From Patescibacteria group bacterium (lineage in GTDB: Bacteria; Patescibacteriota; Microgenomatia; UBA1400; PJMF01), in the NCBI GenBank assembly GCA_049322655.1, contig JBMORP010000006.1, positions 256,410 through 320,409 on the forward strand: DNA of 64,000 bases. Direction: 5' to 3'. A program made the translations under genes and the position numbers. Of this stretch, positions 17,632 to 27,855 are shown in pieces (the stretch's first letter is position 1; every line of letters starts with the position of its first letter). The notes under the pieces are model-generated. The model saw only the letters and a list, made by a program, of their open reading frames with translations. It was not told where the DNA came from and ran no database searches.

Positions 17632-20190
17632 TCAATTACCTTGTTTGGTTGACAAAATTTCTCTTCTTTGTTCAATGAACCACCACTTAATCAACTCAAC
17701 TAAACCTAGTTGCAAGAAACCTAATAAAACTAAAGCCGCCATTACTAAAGGGTGTAAACTCACTGTATCTAAAAATCTTTGTAAAGGAGACCAATAAACA
17801 CTGGCAAACATAATAATGAAACTACTTAGAACTGCCCAATTCATTAATTTATTACTAAATAACTTTTCCTGCCAAATATTTTTTCGTAAACTTTTGACTG
17901 AAAATAAGTAAAGTAAAGAATCAGTCGCCATTACTACAAAAATAATCGTTCTTATTTCTACCAAGGGCATCTCGATTAATCTTAAAAAGTAATATAAACC
18001 TAAAGTTAAAAAATGAACTAGCCCAATAATAATAATCAAGGCTTTCATCTCAGCATCAAAAATAGAGGAATCCTGTCTCCTTGGTTTATCATTCATGACA
18101 TCATCGTCACTTTCTTCGAAAGCCAAAGAAATTCCCGGCAAACCATCCTCAACTAAGTTGATCCATAAAATCTGAACCGCCGTAATCGGTAATGGCCAAC
18201 CCAGAATTAAACTTCCACCCACTATAAATAAACCAGCAAAAACATCAGTTAATAGATAAGTCACGATTTTTTTCATCGTCTCAATAATAATTCTGCCTTC
18301 TTTAATTGCCATTACAATCGATTTAAAATTGCTATCCAAAAGCACCATATCAGCAGTTTCTTTGGATACATCACTAGCCTCATTAACCACCACTCCAATT
18401 TCAGCCGCTTTGAGAGCTGGAGAGTCATTAACACCATCACCAGTCATAGCCACTACTTCATTCATGTCTTGTAAAGCTTGAACAATTTTTAGTTTTTGAT
18501 CAGGAGTTGTCCTCGCAAAGAGTAAAATTTCTGGTAGTTTTTTCTCGATTTCTTTAATCGATAACTTCTTCAACTCTTCTCCAGTCATTACATGATCTTC
18601 AGTTAGTTCTTCAGCCGTAAAACCAAGTTTTTTCAAAACAGTAGCTGCTGTCTCTGCATAATCACCAGTAATCACTTTCACCCCAACCCCTGCCTTTTTG
18701 ACTAGTGCTAGAGCTTCTTTAACTCCAGGACGGACCTTATCTTCAAAAGCAAAAATCCCTTGCCAAACAAATTTTTCAACCTCAGCTAATTTAACTTTTT
18801 TAGAAAAAATCCTGTGGCCGACTGCTACCATTCGATAACCTTCAACTCCAAGTTTTTTTATTGTTGCTAATTCCTTTTTTTGATCTGCTTTTGATAAATT
18901 ACTTTTGGAAAGAATTAATTCTGGAGCTCCAATGATTAAAGCATGAAATTTTTTATCTTTTTCGATTAGACTCGCTGCATATTTTTTTTCTGAAGAAAAA
19001 GGGATATTTTCTATTCTCTTGCATTGTTTCTTTAATTCTTCTACAGAATTAATTCTCGACCAAACCTCACCTTTTTTCAGTTCTTCCTTGGCCCAAGATA
19101 CCAAAGCATCACCCACTTCATCAACCTCATCATTAACTAACACTGCTGCTTTGAGTAAAATTTCTTTATTACCAACTGTCTCTGCAACAGTTAAAACTCC
19201 TTCGGTCAAAGTTCCGGTTTTATCACAACAAATGACTGTCACACTGCCCAAGGTCTCTGCAGAAATTAGTTTTCTTACTAAAGCTTTTTGCTTAAAGATT
19301 TTTTGCATGCCTAAAGATAAAACAACCGTTAAACTCACCACCAAACCTTCAGGTATAGCCGAAACAGCCACTGCAACCGCTGTTTCTAGCATTTCCAAAA
19401 AGTGATTGCCTCGCCACCAACCAAAAGCTAGGATTAGCAAAGAACCAAAACCAACAATAATCGATAAAATTTTTGATAAGCCTGCTAGTTTAATTTGTAA
19501 TGGAGTTGGTTTTTCTTCCAAAGTTTCCAAAGTATGAGCAATTTTACCCACCTCGGTCTCAAAACCAGTTTTAATAACTAACATCCGACCCACCCCAGAC
19601 ATAACAGTTGTCCCCATATAAACAAATTTTTCTGCTTGATCACTTTGAGGACCTGCTACTTTAATCTTTTCCAACTCTTCGAATTTTTTTTCATCAACCA
19701 ATTTTTTGACTGGACGACTTTCTCCAGTCAAAATCGACTCAGAAACTTTTAAGTTTTCTGCTATAACAATTACACCATCAGCTGGAATACTCTGCCCAGC
19801 TGAAACCAAACAAATATCACCAGGAACCACTTCTCCTAAAGGAATGATCTTTTTCTCACCATCACGAATCACCATTGCCTTGGGCTTCAAAAAAGACTTC
19901 AAAGCTTCAAGTGATTTGGCCGCCTTCTTTTCCTGGAAAAAACCCAAGGAAGTATTCAAAATCACTACTAACATGATTACTAGTGCATCAAAATATTCAT
20001 GCATCAGCACTGTAACTAGCCCAGCAAAAAATAAGATATAGATCAAAGGAGAAGTCAGTTGAGAAATGAAAATCTTGAGTAAACTATATTCTTTTTTATG
20101 AGCTAGCTCATTTGGACCAACTTTTTTAAGAATTTTTTTAGCTTCTTCGGTCGTTAAACCAGTTTGAAAAAAATGTTGATCCAACTTCAT
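17632..20190 (-). CDS. cation-transporting P-type ATPase, type II (Ca2+/PMCA-SERCA-like)
   Basis: CDKTGTLT phosphorylation site, TGDGVNDSPAL hinge, PEGL motif in M4, and an 852-aa 10-TM architecture. Confidence 0.9.
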   Translation of the reverse strand: MKLDQHFFQTGLTTEEAKKILKKVGPNELAHKKEYSLLKIFISQLTSPLIYILFFAGLVTVLMHEYFDALVIMLVVILNTSLGFFQEKKAAKSLEALKSFLKPKAMVIRDGEKKIIPLGEVVPGDICLVSAGQSIPADGVIVIAENLKVSESILTGESRPVKKLVDEKKFEELEKIKVAGPQSDQAEKFVYMGTTVMSGVGRMLVIKTGFETEVGKIAHTLETLEEKPTPLQIKLAGLSKILSIIVGFGSLLILAFGWWRGNHFLEMLETAVAVAVSAIPEGLVVSLTVVLSLGMQKIFKQKALVRKLISAETLGSVTVICCDKTGTLTEGVLTVAETVGNKEILLKAAVLVNDEVDEVGDALVSWAKEELKKGEVWSRINSVEELKKQCKRIENIPFSSEKKYAASLIEKDKKFHALIIGAPELILSKSNLSKADQKKELATIKKLGVEGYRMVAVGHRIFSKKVKLAEVEKFVWQGIFAFEDKVRPGVKEALALVKKAGVGVKVITGDYAETAATVLKKLGFTAEELTEDHVMTGEELKKLSIKEIEKKLPEILLFARTTPDQKLKIVQALQDMNEVVAMTGDGVNDSPALKAAEIGVVVNEASDVSKETADMVLLDSNFKSIVMAIKEGRIIIETMKKIVTYLLTDVFAGLFIVGGSLILGWPLPITAVQILWINLVEDGLPGISLAFEESDDDVMNDKPRRQDSSIFDAEMKALIIIIGLVHFLTLGLYYFLRLIEMPLVEIRTIIFVVMATDSLLYLFSVKSLRKNIWQEKLFSNKLMNWAVLSSFIIMFASVYWSPLQRFLDTVSLHPLVMAALVLLGFLQLGLVELIKWWFIEQRREILSTKQGN

Positions 20191-20418
20191 TATTATTCCA
20201 GTCTAGCAGATTTAAAACCAGGACTCCAGGATTCCCCTTGTTGAGGATTACTCCACAAAGTACTTGCTATAAAAACTTTGTTTTCTTAGCGAGTATATTA
20301 GACGCATACTATTGCACTCGCCGATGACACAGCTTCACTTCGTAGACTAGGCGGTGAACCACGCACTGCATACTAACTTATGTAGCGCAATCTTTTCCCT
20401 TTGAACAAATGCATAAAA
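20191..20418 (-). promoter_or_regulatory. roughly 230-nt 5' leader of the P-type ATPase; GC-enriched, structured, possible cis-regulatory RNA
   Basis: Locally high GC and several hairpins (for example GCGAGT...ACTCGC). Lies between the tRNA-Arg terminator and the ATPase start. Class not identified. Confidence 0.25.
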
Positions 20419-20449
20419 CAAAAAAAACAGACTTTAGTCTGTTTTATTT
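20419..20449. terminator. bidirectional rho-independent terminator (CAGAC-TTTA-GTCTG with an A8 run on one side and a T-run on the other)
   Basis: On the minus strand the hairpin is followed by eight Ts, directly downstream of tRNA-Arg. Confidence 0.65.
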
Positions 20450-20454
20450 GTTTG

Positions 20455-20526
20455 TGCACCCACCAGGACTCGAACCTGGATTAATGGTTCCGCAAACCAT
20501 TGTTCTATCCCTTAAACTATGGGTGC
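20455..20526 (-). tRNA. tRNA-Arg (anticodon GCG by manual fold), CCA not encoded
   Basis: 72 nt with acceptor GCACCCA/TGGGTGC, D-arm GTTT/GAAC, anticodon stem ATGGT/ACCAT with loop TTGCGGA, and T-arm CCAGG-TTCGAGT-CCTGG. Confidence 0.65.
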
Positions 20527-20603
20527 TTGAACTCTGGTATTGTACGCTGAATCAAGAAATTCGGCAAGAAATACTAATTGAGTTATAGTATTACTAATAA
20601 AAT

Positions 20604-20846
20604 ATGAAAAGAACCGACCTTAAACTCGAACCAAACCAACTTAGCCAATTACTAAAAATGAATCGTATACCAACCTCTTTCAAAGAAAAATTAGAACATT
20701 GTCACTCTGACCAAGCTCAATTTATTTCTACCAATGAAGAAGAACTAGAGAAAATTCTAGACCTACTTCCTCCTCCACATTTGGCTAATGGCCAAGAGCA
20801 ACAACTCAGAGAGTTATTAACCATTACTTTGCAAAAAATGAGTTAG
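20604..20846 (+). CDS. hypothetical protein
   Basis: 80-aa ORF with no motif. Confidence 0.35.
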   Translation: MKRTDLKLEPNQLSQLLKMNRIPTSFKEKLEHCHSDQAQFISTNEEELEKILDLLPPPHLANGQEQQLRELLTITLQKMS

Positions 20847-22048
20847 ATTTTTTCTGGAAAATATTTTTTCTTTTTAAGTTTTTCTGGTAACAAACTCTTT
20901 TTTTGAGGATACATCTCATAACCTTGACCATAGCCTTGTTTTTTCATCAAAGCTGTCACTGGGTTTCTTAACTCCATAGGAATTGGCAAATTAGCAAAGC
21001 TTTGCACATCAGCCTGAGCTGATCTAAGGGCATCATATACTCGACGATCTTTTTTGGCTTTAGCTAAATAAATAGCTCCATGAGAAAGATTGATGGCACA
21101 CTCTGGATAACCAATCACTTTACAAGCTTTAAAAACCTCATTAGCCACAACTAAAGCAGTAGGTTGGGCCATACCAATATCTTCACTAGCAAAAATTACC
21201 ATTCTTCTGGCAATAAAAAGCGGATCTTCACCGGCCGCCACCATTCTAGCCAAATAATAAACAGCAGCATCTGGATCACTAGCTCTCATGCTCTTGATAA
21301 AAGCACTGATAGTGTTGTGATGTTCTTCACCATGTTGGTCATAACGAAGATGTTGAGACTGCAAAGCATTTTTAAGGTGCCCCAAAGTTAAATCTCCATA
21401 AAGAGCAAAAGTATGTTCAATTATCGTTAAAAGTTGCCTGGCATCACCATCAGCAAACCTCAGCAACCACTCTTTAGCCTCCTTGTTAATCGTTAACTTT
21501 AGGCTTTTGGGTTCTTTTTTGAGCAGTTTGATCGCTCGGTCAATCACAGCCAACATTTCTTTTTCAGTTAATGAATTGAGAACATAAACTCTAGCTCTAG
21601 AAAGTAGTGGAGAAATTACTTGAAAACTAGGATTTTCTGTGGTTGCTCCAATTAAAATCAATGTTCCATCCTCAACATAAGGTAATAAAAAATCTTGCTG
21701 AGCTTTATTAAAACGATGAATCTCATCCAAAAATAAAACTGGAGCCGTATAACTTTCAGTAAGCTGACGTTGTTTTTTAGTTTCTTCAACTATTTTTCTA
21801 ATGTCAGCTTTACCAGCGCTTACCGCTGACAACTCAACAAAATCATGGCCAGTTTTACTAGCTAAAATTCTGGCTAAAGTGGTTTTTCCAACCCCAGGCG
21901 GACCCCAAAAAATCATGCTAGAAATTATGCCTAATTCGAGCATTACCCTCAGCGGTTTACCTTCTCCAACTAAATGAGTCTGACCTATAAAATCAGTTAA
22001 AGAGGCTGGTCTTAAACGAGCAGCTAAGGGCATAGAAACATTCACCAC
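20843..22048 (-). CDS. rarA: replication-associated recombination protein A (AAA+ ATPase)
   Basis: Walker A GPPGVGKTT, Walker B LFLDEIHR, and a C-terminal MgsA-specific helical domain. Confidence 0.9.
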   Translation of the reverse strand: MVNVSMPLAARLRPASLTDFIGQTHLVGEGKPLRVMLELGIISSMIFWGPPGVGKTTLARILASKTGHDFVELSAVSAGKADIRKIVEETKKQRQLTESYTAPVLFLDEIHRFNKAQQDFLLPYVEDGTLILIGATTENPSFQVISPLLSRARVYVLNSLTEKEMLAVIDRAIKLLKKEPKSLKLTINKEAKEWLLRFADGDARQLLTIIEHTFALYGDLTLGHLKNALQSQHLRYDQHGEEHHNTISAFIKSMRASDPDAAVYYLARMVAAGEDPLFIARRMVIFASEDIGMAQPTALVVANEVFKACKVIGYPECAINLSHGAIYLAKAKKDRRVYDALRSAQADVQSFANLPIPMELRNPVTALMKKQGYGQGYEMYPQKKSLLPEKLKKKKYFPEKI

Positions 22049-22094
22049 AACCTAGAGCTTACACCTTTTCGAAACACGAAAAAAGAGCGAAATT

Positions 22095-23819
22095 TTATTC
22101 GATCCTAATCAATACTCTTCCAGTCATTTCCTCTGGTTTTTTTAAACCTAATAAATCAATCATTGTCGGGGCCAAATCAGCCAAGATTCCCTGATCTAAT
22201 TGAGTAGGATTATGTTCGAGTTTTTTGGCTACAAAAATGCAGGGCACAGGGTAAGTAGAGTGAGCGGTATCTATTTCTCCTGTCTCATTGTCAATCATTT
22301 CTTCGATATTGCCATGATCAGCAGTAATAATCAGCATGCCATTAGTTTTGTTAATTGCTTCTACAATTTTACCAACCTGAAGATCAACTACTTCGCAGGC
22401 TTTGATACCAGCTTCCAAATTACCAGTATGACCAACCATGTCACCATTACAAATGTTAACTACGGCCGCATCAAAACTTTGGTGCTCGATTTCTTCGACT
22501 AAAGCATCAGCAATTTCTTTGGCTGTCATTTCTGGCGCCTCCTGATAAGAACTGACTTTTTTGGAAGGAAAAATCAGGACATGTTCTCCAGGTAAATATG
22601 TTTCTACTTTGCCATCAATATAATAAGTCACCATTTTTTCTTTTTCTGTCTCGGTTAACCTTAGCTGCCTGACACCTTGTTCAGATAAAAATCTACCGAG
22701 ATTAACCTGAATATCCTCCCTGGGAAAAACAACCGGCACCACCATATCACTATCATAATCTGTCATGGTAACAAAAAATAAATCTTGATATCGCTTATTT
22801 CTAATAAATGTTTTGACTGTGGCTCCTTTTAGTTGATCTTCTGTTAAAGGCTTGCCACAACTCCCACCACTCAAATCACGATATTCAAAGTCAGCCAAAA
22901 CAAAGGCCCAACTTAGTTGCCTGGGTCGATCTACTCTAAAATTAAAAAACACAACTACATCACCCTCATCAATTGTTGGTAAACTTCCGTCTTCTCTTTT
23001 AATAATGATCGGCTCCACAAATTCATCTGTTATTTGACGATCATAAGAGTTTTGCAAAGCTCTTTGCCAATCATCAGTTAAAATTCCCTTGCCTTCAGTC
23101 AAAGCCTCATAAGCTTTTTGGGTCCGATCCCAATTGCGATCACGATCCATCGCATAAAATCTCCCCATAATTGAAGCTATTCTGCCAACCCCAAGGTCAG
23201 CCATCAACACCTCTAAATTTTGTAGTGTAGACAAACCAATTGTCACTTGAGAGTCCCTGCCATCGGTAAAAGCGTGAACTTCAACCTTAGTAAGCTGATG
23301 CTCTTTGGCCATTTTAAGCAATGCCTCTAAATGCTTAACACTAGAGTGAACGAGACCGGGTCCAACTAAACCCATAAAATGAAGCTTGCCACCGGTTTGT
23401 TTGACTTGGTTAAAGGCTTTTTGCAACATCTCGTTAACAAAAAAAGTGCCATCCTCAATAGCCTGACTAACTCTTGGCAAGTTTTGGCGCACAATTCTAC
23501 CAGCCCCAATATTCATGTGACCTGTCTCAGAATTACCATCCACTCCTTTTGGTAAACCGACATATTCTCCGCTTGCTCCCAATTGGGTATGTGGGTATTT
23601 TAACCAGAGAGCATCCATTACTGGTGTTTTGGCTAACTCAATGGCATTGCCAGCCGTCTTAGGACCAATTCCCCAGCCATCAAGAATCAGTAACACCACC
23701 GGACCATTTTTAAGCTCATACCTGGTCTGATTAGCAACAAAGGGAATTTCTCTATCTATTTTTGGTTCCAAAACACGTTGGTTTTTGACTAATTGTGGAC
23801 CAGTTAAATTGTCATTCAT
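22095..23819 (-). CDS. gpmI: 2,3-bisphosphoglycerate-independent phosphoglycerate mutase
   Basis: 574 aa with iPGM metal-binding and catalytic motifs (ILDGWG, TADHGN) along the full length. Confidence 0.9.
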   Translation of the reverse strand: MNDNLTGPQLVKNQRVLEPKIDREIPFVANQTRYELKNGPVVLLILDGWGIGPKTAGNAIELAKTPVMDALWLKYPHTQLGASGEYVGLPKGVDGNSETGHMNIGAGRIVRQNLPRVSQAIEDGTFFVNEMLQKAFNQVKQTGGKLHFMGLVGPGLVHSSVKHLEALLKMAKEHQLTKVEVHAFTDGRDSQVTIGLSTLQNLEVLMADLGVGRIASIMGRFYAMDRDRNWDRTQKAYEALTEGKGILTDDWQRALQNSYDRQITDEFVEPIIIKREDGSLPTIDEGDVVVFFNFRVDRPRQLSWAFVLADFEYRDLSGGSCGKPLTEDQLKGATVKTFIRNKRYQDLFFVTMTDYDSDMVVPVVFPREDIQVNLGRFLSEQGVRQLRLTETEKEKMVTYYIDGKVETYLPGEHVLIFPSKKVSSYQEAPEMTAKEIADALVEEIEHQSFDAAVVNICNGDMVGHTGNLEAGIKACEVVDLQVGKIVEAINKTNGMLIITADHGNIEEMIDNETGEIDTAHSTYPVPCIFVAKKLEHNPTQLDQGILADLAPTMIDLLGLKKPEEMTGRVLIRIE

Positions 23820-23885
23820 GACTATTCCTTGTTATGATTGTTAAAAGTTACAGCTATGCTAATAATAATACCTGACTAAGGGTTT

Positions 23886-24929
23886 ATGCAAAGTACTAAA
23901 GAAGCCACCATTACTAGAATCATCGAAACCGGTAAAATTTCCGATAACGATCAAACAAAAGAATTTCAAAAATTGGAGTTAACAATCAAAGATACTGGTG
24001 AAACTGTCGAAATTCTCCATACCCAAGAACCATATACTCGCTGGGAACCTTATCAGTTAAACCAACAAGTAGTTGTTCAACAACCAGAAGGATTAACAAG
24101 CTGGATCATTACTGATTTTTTCAGGATTCCGGCTTTGGCTCAATTATCGTTGATTTTTATTACTCTAGTAATTTTAATTGGCAAATGGTGGGGAGTCAGA
24201 TCTCTAATTTCTTTAGCCTCTTCATTTGTGGTAATTTTTGGTCTAGTTTTACCATTAATTATCCAAGGATTTAATCCCCTCCTAATTACCTTGATCGGAT
24301 CATTAATTATTGTCCCTACTACTTTTTATCTTTCCCATGGTTGGAAAGTAAAAACTCACATCGCCATCGCCGGCACTTTAATTGCCTTGTTTTCTGCTGG
24401 CCTGCTGGCTACTATCTTTATGGATAATACTTATTTAACTGGTTTTGCTAGCGAAGAAGCAGGTTTTTTAAGTGTTATGACTAAAAATCAGCTCGATATT
24501 AGAGGCCTTCTTTTAGCTGGCATTATCATCAGTTTACTGGGAACACTAGATGACGTCGCTATCTCCCAAGCTTCATTTGTTCAACAACTTAAAGAAGCTG
24601 ATCCCCAAATGTCCTTCAGAGAGTTGTTTATTAGAGCCATGAGAGTTGGCCAAGACCATATCTCTTCAATGGTTAATACTTTAGTCCTGGTCTACGCTGG
24701 AGCTTCTTTACCACTACTATTACTTTTTCTAACTTCAGATACTAGCATCAGCCAAGTCTTAAATTTGGAAATTGTTGCCGAAGAAATCGTCAGGACTCTT
24801 TCAGGATCAATTGGCATTGTCCTAGCCGCCCCAATCACAACCTTAATCGCGGCTTCTGTTTTCACTAATAAAAAAGATATCCCTAAAGAACCAATTCCTA
24901 GAAAGAAAAAAGAGAAATTTCATCTTTAA
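23886..24929 (+). CDS. YibE/F-family multi-pass membrane protein
   Basis: 347 aa with an N-terminal soluble segment followed by about seven TM helices. Confidence 0.55.
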   Translation: MQSTKEATITRIIETGKISDNDQTKEFQKLELTIKDTGETVEILHTQEPYTRWEPYQLNQQVVVQQPEGLTSWIITDFFRIPALAQLSLIFITLVILIGKWWGVRSLISLASSFVVIFGLVLPLIIQGFNPLLITLIGSLIIVPTTFYLSHGWKVKTHIAIAGTLIALFSAGLLATIFMDNTYLTGFASEEAGFLSVMTKNQLDIRGLLLAGIIISLLGTLDDVAISQASFVQQLKEADPQMSFRELFIRAMRVGQDHISSMVNTLVLVYAGASLPLLLLFLTSDTSISQVLNLEIVAEEIVRTLSGSIGIVLAAPITTLIAASVFTNKKDIPKEPIPRKKKEKFHL

Positions 24930-24946
24930 ACCCTGCTATACTAGCA

Positions 24947-25579
24947 ATGACTATGAAACAGTTAATTTTATTTGATATTGATGACACTATCTTTAACACC
25001 ATCCTCTTTAGAAAAATCCAGGATGAAACTTTGGCTAAATACCTGGAAATCACTGACCTAGAAATCAAAAAAATCAGAAGTGAATATTATTACCAACTTG
25101 AAAGAGGTAGTGATTTTTCTATTGATGAATTTCTCAAAATAATTGCTGAAAAATATCAGCATGATTTTTTAGAAATAAAAAAAGTTTTCCTTAATAAAAA
25201 AAATGTTGAGTTATGCCTATACACAGAAATCCCTGAGGTTTTGGCTAAATTAAAAAAACAAAATTATTCTTTAGGGGTTTTTTCTGAAGGACATAAAAGC
25301 TTCCAACTTCACAAACTTAAGGCTAAAAATATAATTAGTTTTTTTTCTCAAAGTCATCTTTATATTTTAAGAAGAAAAATCGATCCAGCTATTTTAAAAA
25401 ACCTACCCAAAGATACGATCATTATCGATGATAAACCAGATATTCTCGAGGAACTAAAAAAGTTCGACAACATTAGACCAATCCAAATAATAAGAGAAAA
25501 CAAAAAACATGAACCAATTGTCTGTGATAACATCATTAACAGTACTGAGCAGTTATTAAGATTGCTCCAGCTTGACTAA
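24947..25579 (+). CDS. HAD-superfamily hydrolase
   Basis: N-terminal ILFDIDDTIF (DxD motif I) and a later IIIDD motif. Confidence 0.6.
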   Translation: MTMKQLILFDIDDTIFNTILFRKIQDETLAKYLEITDLEIKKIRSEYYYQLERGSDFSIDEFLKIIAEKYQHDFLEIKKVFLNKKNVELCLYTEIPEVLAKLKKQNYSLGVFSEGHKSFQLHKLKAKNIISFFSQSHLYILRRKIDPAILKNLPKDTIIIDDKPDILEELKKFDNIRPIQIIRENKKHEPIVCDNIINSTEQLLRLLQLD

Positions 25580-26446
25580 TTTTGACAAAGCAAATAGCAG
25601 TACCAAAGCAAAAATATACTGGACTGGCACTAAATAAGTTTTATAAACAACAGCATCTATCACAATAGCTAAAACAGGAAAAACCAATTCTAGTAATGTG
25701 GATAATCTTACTGGAGTTGTCTTCAAACCTTTGTAATAGATATAAAGAGCCACCATTCCAGTAGATAAAGCAATGAAAGTCAAACTTGCCCACTGACTAA
25801 AGTCAGGCAATAAAAAGTTGTTTCTTTGAAAAACAATTAAAGACAAACCAGCAAAAAAAGTAGTTGCCAAAAACCTCAAGCCGGTAGCCTGCTTTGAGTC
25901 TACTTTGTTTAAAATCTTTTTGGAAAAAGTTGTGCCAGTCCCCCAAAAAAAAGCTGCTCCAAGCGCGTACAACGCCGCCAAAATATTATTACCATCCTGA
26001 CTAAGAGAAACACTGCCTGTGGGGAAAGTAATATAAAAAGCAGCAATCAAAGCCACTGCCGCCCATAACCAATAATAAGATGAAAATTTTTCCTGCAAAA
26101 TTATTTTTGCTGAACCAATTGCAAAAATAGGTTGGAGTTTTTGTAATAAAAAAACCACACTAAAAGAAATAAAAAATACTTGCTGCAAAGCAGCTGTAAA
26201 TAAAATCGTTCCTAACAAACCACTAAAAAGCGCCACTAACAAAACCTCTTTCCAAACTTGTTTGAAATCTTTAAATTTTAGTTTCCAAATAATCGGTAAT
26301 AAAAAAACCACCCCAACTAAATGCTCAAGAAAAACTATTTGCAAAGGTGACAAAACAAATAAATTTCTTCTAATCACCCCATCAAAAGCCCACAAACCTG
26401 CAGCTAAAACTATATATAGTGGTCCAAAATTAAATTTATTCAACAT
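25556..26446 (-). CDS. EamA/DMT-family transporter
   Basis: 296 aa, 10 TM helices with two EamA-like repeats. Confidence 0.7.
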   Translation of the reverse strand: MLNKFNFGPLYIVLAAGLWAFDGVIRRNLFVLSPLQIVFLEHLVGVVFLLPIIWKLKFKDFKQVWKEVLLVALFSGLLGTILFTAALQQVFFISFSVVFLLQKLQPIFAIGSAKIILQEKFSSYYWLWAAVALIAAFYITFPTGSVSLSQDGNNILAALYALGAAFFWGTGTTFSKKILNKVDSKQATGLRFLATTFFAGLSLIVFQRNNFLLPDFSQWASLTFIALSTGMVALYIYYKGLKTTPVRLSTLLELVFPVLAIVIDAVVYKTYLVPVQYIFALVLLFALSKLVKLEQS

Positions 26447-26804
26447 TTAGGCTTTGTTTTATATCTCTTATATCCTTACTAATCTGTTCTTTTAGTAAAG
26501 AAAAATCTGTAAAATCCATTACACCTCTTATATATTGCTCTAAAGAAAACTCAACTTCTCGTCCATAAATCTGAGCTGAAAAATCTAGAACAAAGATCTC
26601 CAACACATCAAAATGCTCATTCTTAACCAACCTCGGACCAAAGTAGGCAGCTCCAGGAAAAACCTTGTTATCGATTTTTACCCAACTAGCATAAACCCCT
26701 TTTTTCAAATTAGTTGGCAAAACTTGTGGATCCAAGTTAATGGTTGGATAAGCCTTCTTTGTTCCTTCTTTTGCCCCATGGAAAACCTGTGATTTATAAA
26801 ACAT
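26436..26804 (-). CDS. monofunctional riboflavin kinase
   Basis: YPTINL, GVYA, a FGPRLVKNEH-like flavin-site segment and FDxxIYG; 122 aa with no FAD-synthetase domain. Confidence 0.7.
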   Translation of the reverse strand: MFYKSQVFHGAKEGTKKAYPTINLDPQVLPTNLKKGVYASWVKIDNKVFPGAAYFGPRLVKNEHFDVLEIFVLDFSAQIYGREVEFSLEQYIRGVMDFTDFSLLKEQISKDIRDIKQSLNVE

Positions 26805-27833
26805 CTAATCTTTCTTTTCTGTAGCTGAAACAGTGGCTTCTGGTTTTTTTTCTTGAGCCTTGTTTAAATCTTCAAGCTTAATATCCCAGACTACACCATC
26901 CTCTTCATGTAAAGCTGCCCAACAAAACCATAACTGAGGGTAACCACCAACCCGCTGACCATCTTGTGTGACAATCACTTCAGAACCTACCCGACCAGCT
27001 CTAATCTCGGTTCCTTCAAAATTTCTTACTCTAACCTCTTCTGGTGGTAAATCATTAAAAGAAAAAGTTAGTGATTTTTCTCCTAATGGAACTACATACA
27101 TCATTTCTTTTTTGGAAAAACGTTTATTTTGATAAGAAACGTAATCAGGAATTTCTTCTGTTGCTAAATAACCACTATAAGGATTAAAACTATAGTTATT
27201 AAAATAACCAGTGTCTTGACTCAAAACCTCAGCATCATAGTGATTAATTCTGACATCTTTGAAAGTTAACACTTGTGTAGTTCGAACCAAATCTAAAGTT
27301 ACTTTATTAAAATCTCCAGCAATAGCTCTACCCAATCCCTGTGACCAGAGACTTTCTGTTTTAGTGTCATAGAACACCAAATTAGCTTTGTAAAGCAAGC
27401 CACTCGCTCTAAATTTAAGCCCTTGATCTTCAGCACTAGCTCGATAAACAGCAATTGATTCACAAAAAGGACTATAAGTTACAGCAAAAGGAACTCCTTC
27501 CATAAAATCATTAATTACTTCATGCCAAACTAAAATATTTGCAGGATAAAATCTCTTCTTGCCCGTAATATCTACTAACACTCCTTTAGTGGAATCTTTA
27601 AGTTGTTTCTGAGCTTCTTTAACAGAAATAAATTTAGGCTCGTAAATCTCTGGGATGTCATCTTTACCCACTTTTCCTAAAATTAAATCATCAGTTTCAA
27701 TACTCTTTTCTTGCCAATTAGTCCTAAATGAATTAAAACGCTGGTAACGATAAAACAAATTGTAGCCATAACTTCCAACCAACCAGCCCGCTAGCAACAG
27801 TAATCCCCCAAAAATAACTTTTTTATTCTTCAT
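26805..27833 (-). CDS. secreted or membrane-anchored protein, possibly DUF3179 family
   Basis: N-terminal signal anchor, conserved TYSPFCES segment, and length about 340 aa. Confidence 0.4.
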   Translation of the reverse strand: MKNKKVIFGGLLLLAGWLVGSYGYNLFYRYQRFNSFRTNWQEKSIETDDLILGKVGKDDIPEIYEPKFISVKEAQKQLKDSTKGVLVDITGKKRFYPANILVWHEVINDFMEGVPFAVTYSPFCESIAVYRASAEDQGLKFRASGLLYKANLVFYDTKTESLWSQGLGRAIAGDFNKVTLDLVRTTQVLTFKDVRINHYDAEVLSQDTGYFNNYSFNPYSGYLATEEIPDYVSYQNKRFSKKEMMYVVPLGEKSLTFSFNDLPPEEVRVRNFEGTEIRAGRVGSEVIVTQDGQRVGGYPQLWFCWAALHEEDGVVWDIKLEDLNKAQEKKPEATVSATEKKD

Positions 27834-27855
27834 AATACTTTTTATCTTAACTGAT

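Noticed and set aside
17413-17797. Three 60-66-aa ORFs on both strands (17413..17595, 17470..17652, 17597..17797)
   Set aside because: They overlap the tRNA-Ser gene and its flanks and have no coding signal. They are artefacts of ORF calling across a structured RNA.
20191-20418. Assignment of the ATPase leader to the M-box (Mg2+) or yybP-ykoY (Mn2+) riboswitch class
   Set aside because: I could not find the conserved core sequences of either class by eye. It is kept only as an unclassified structured leader.
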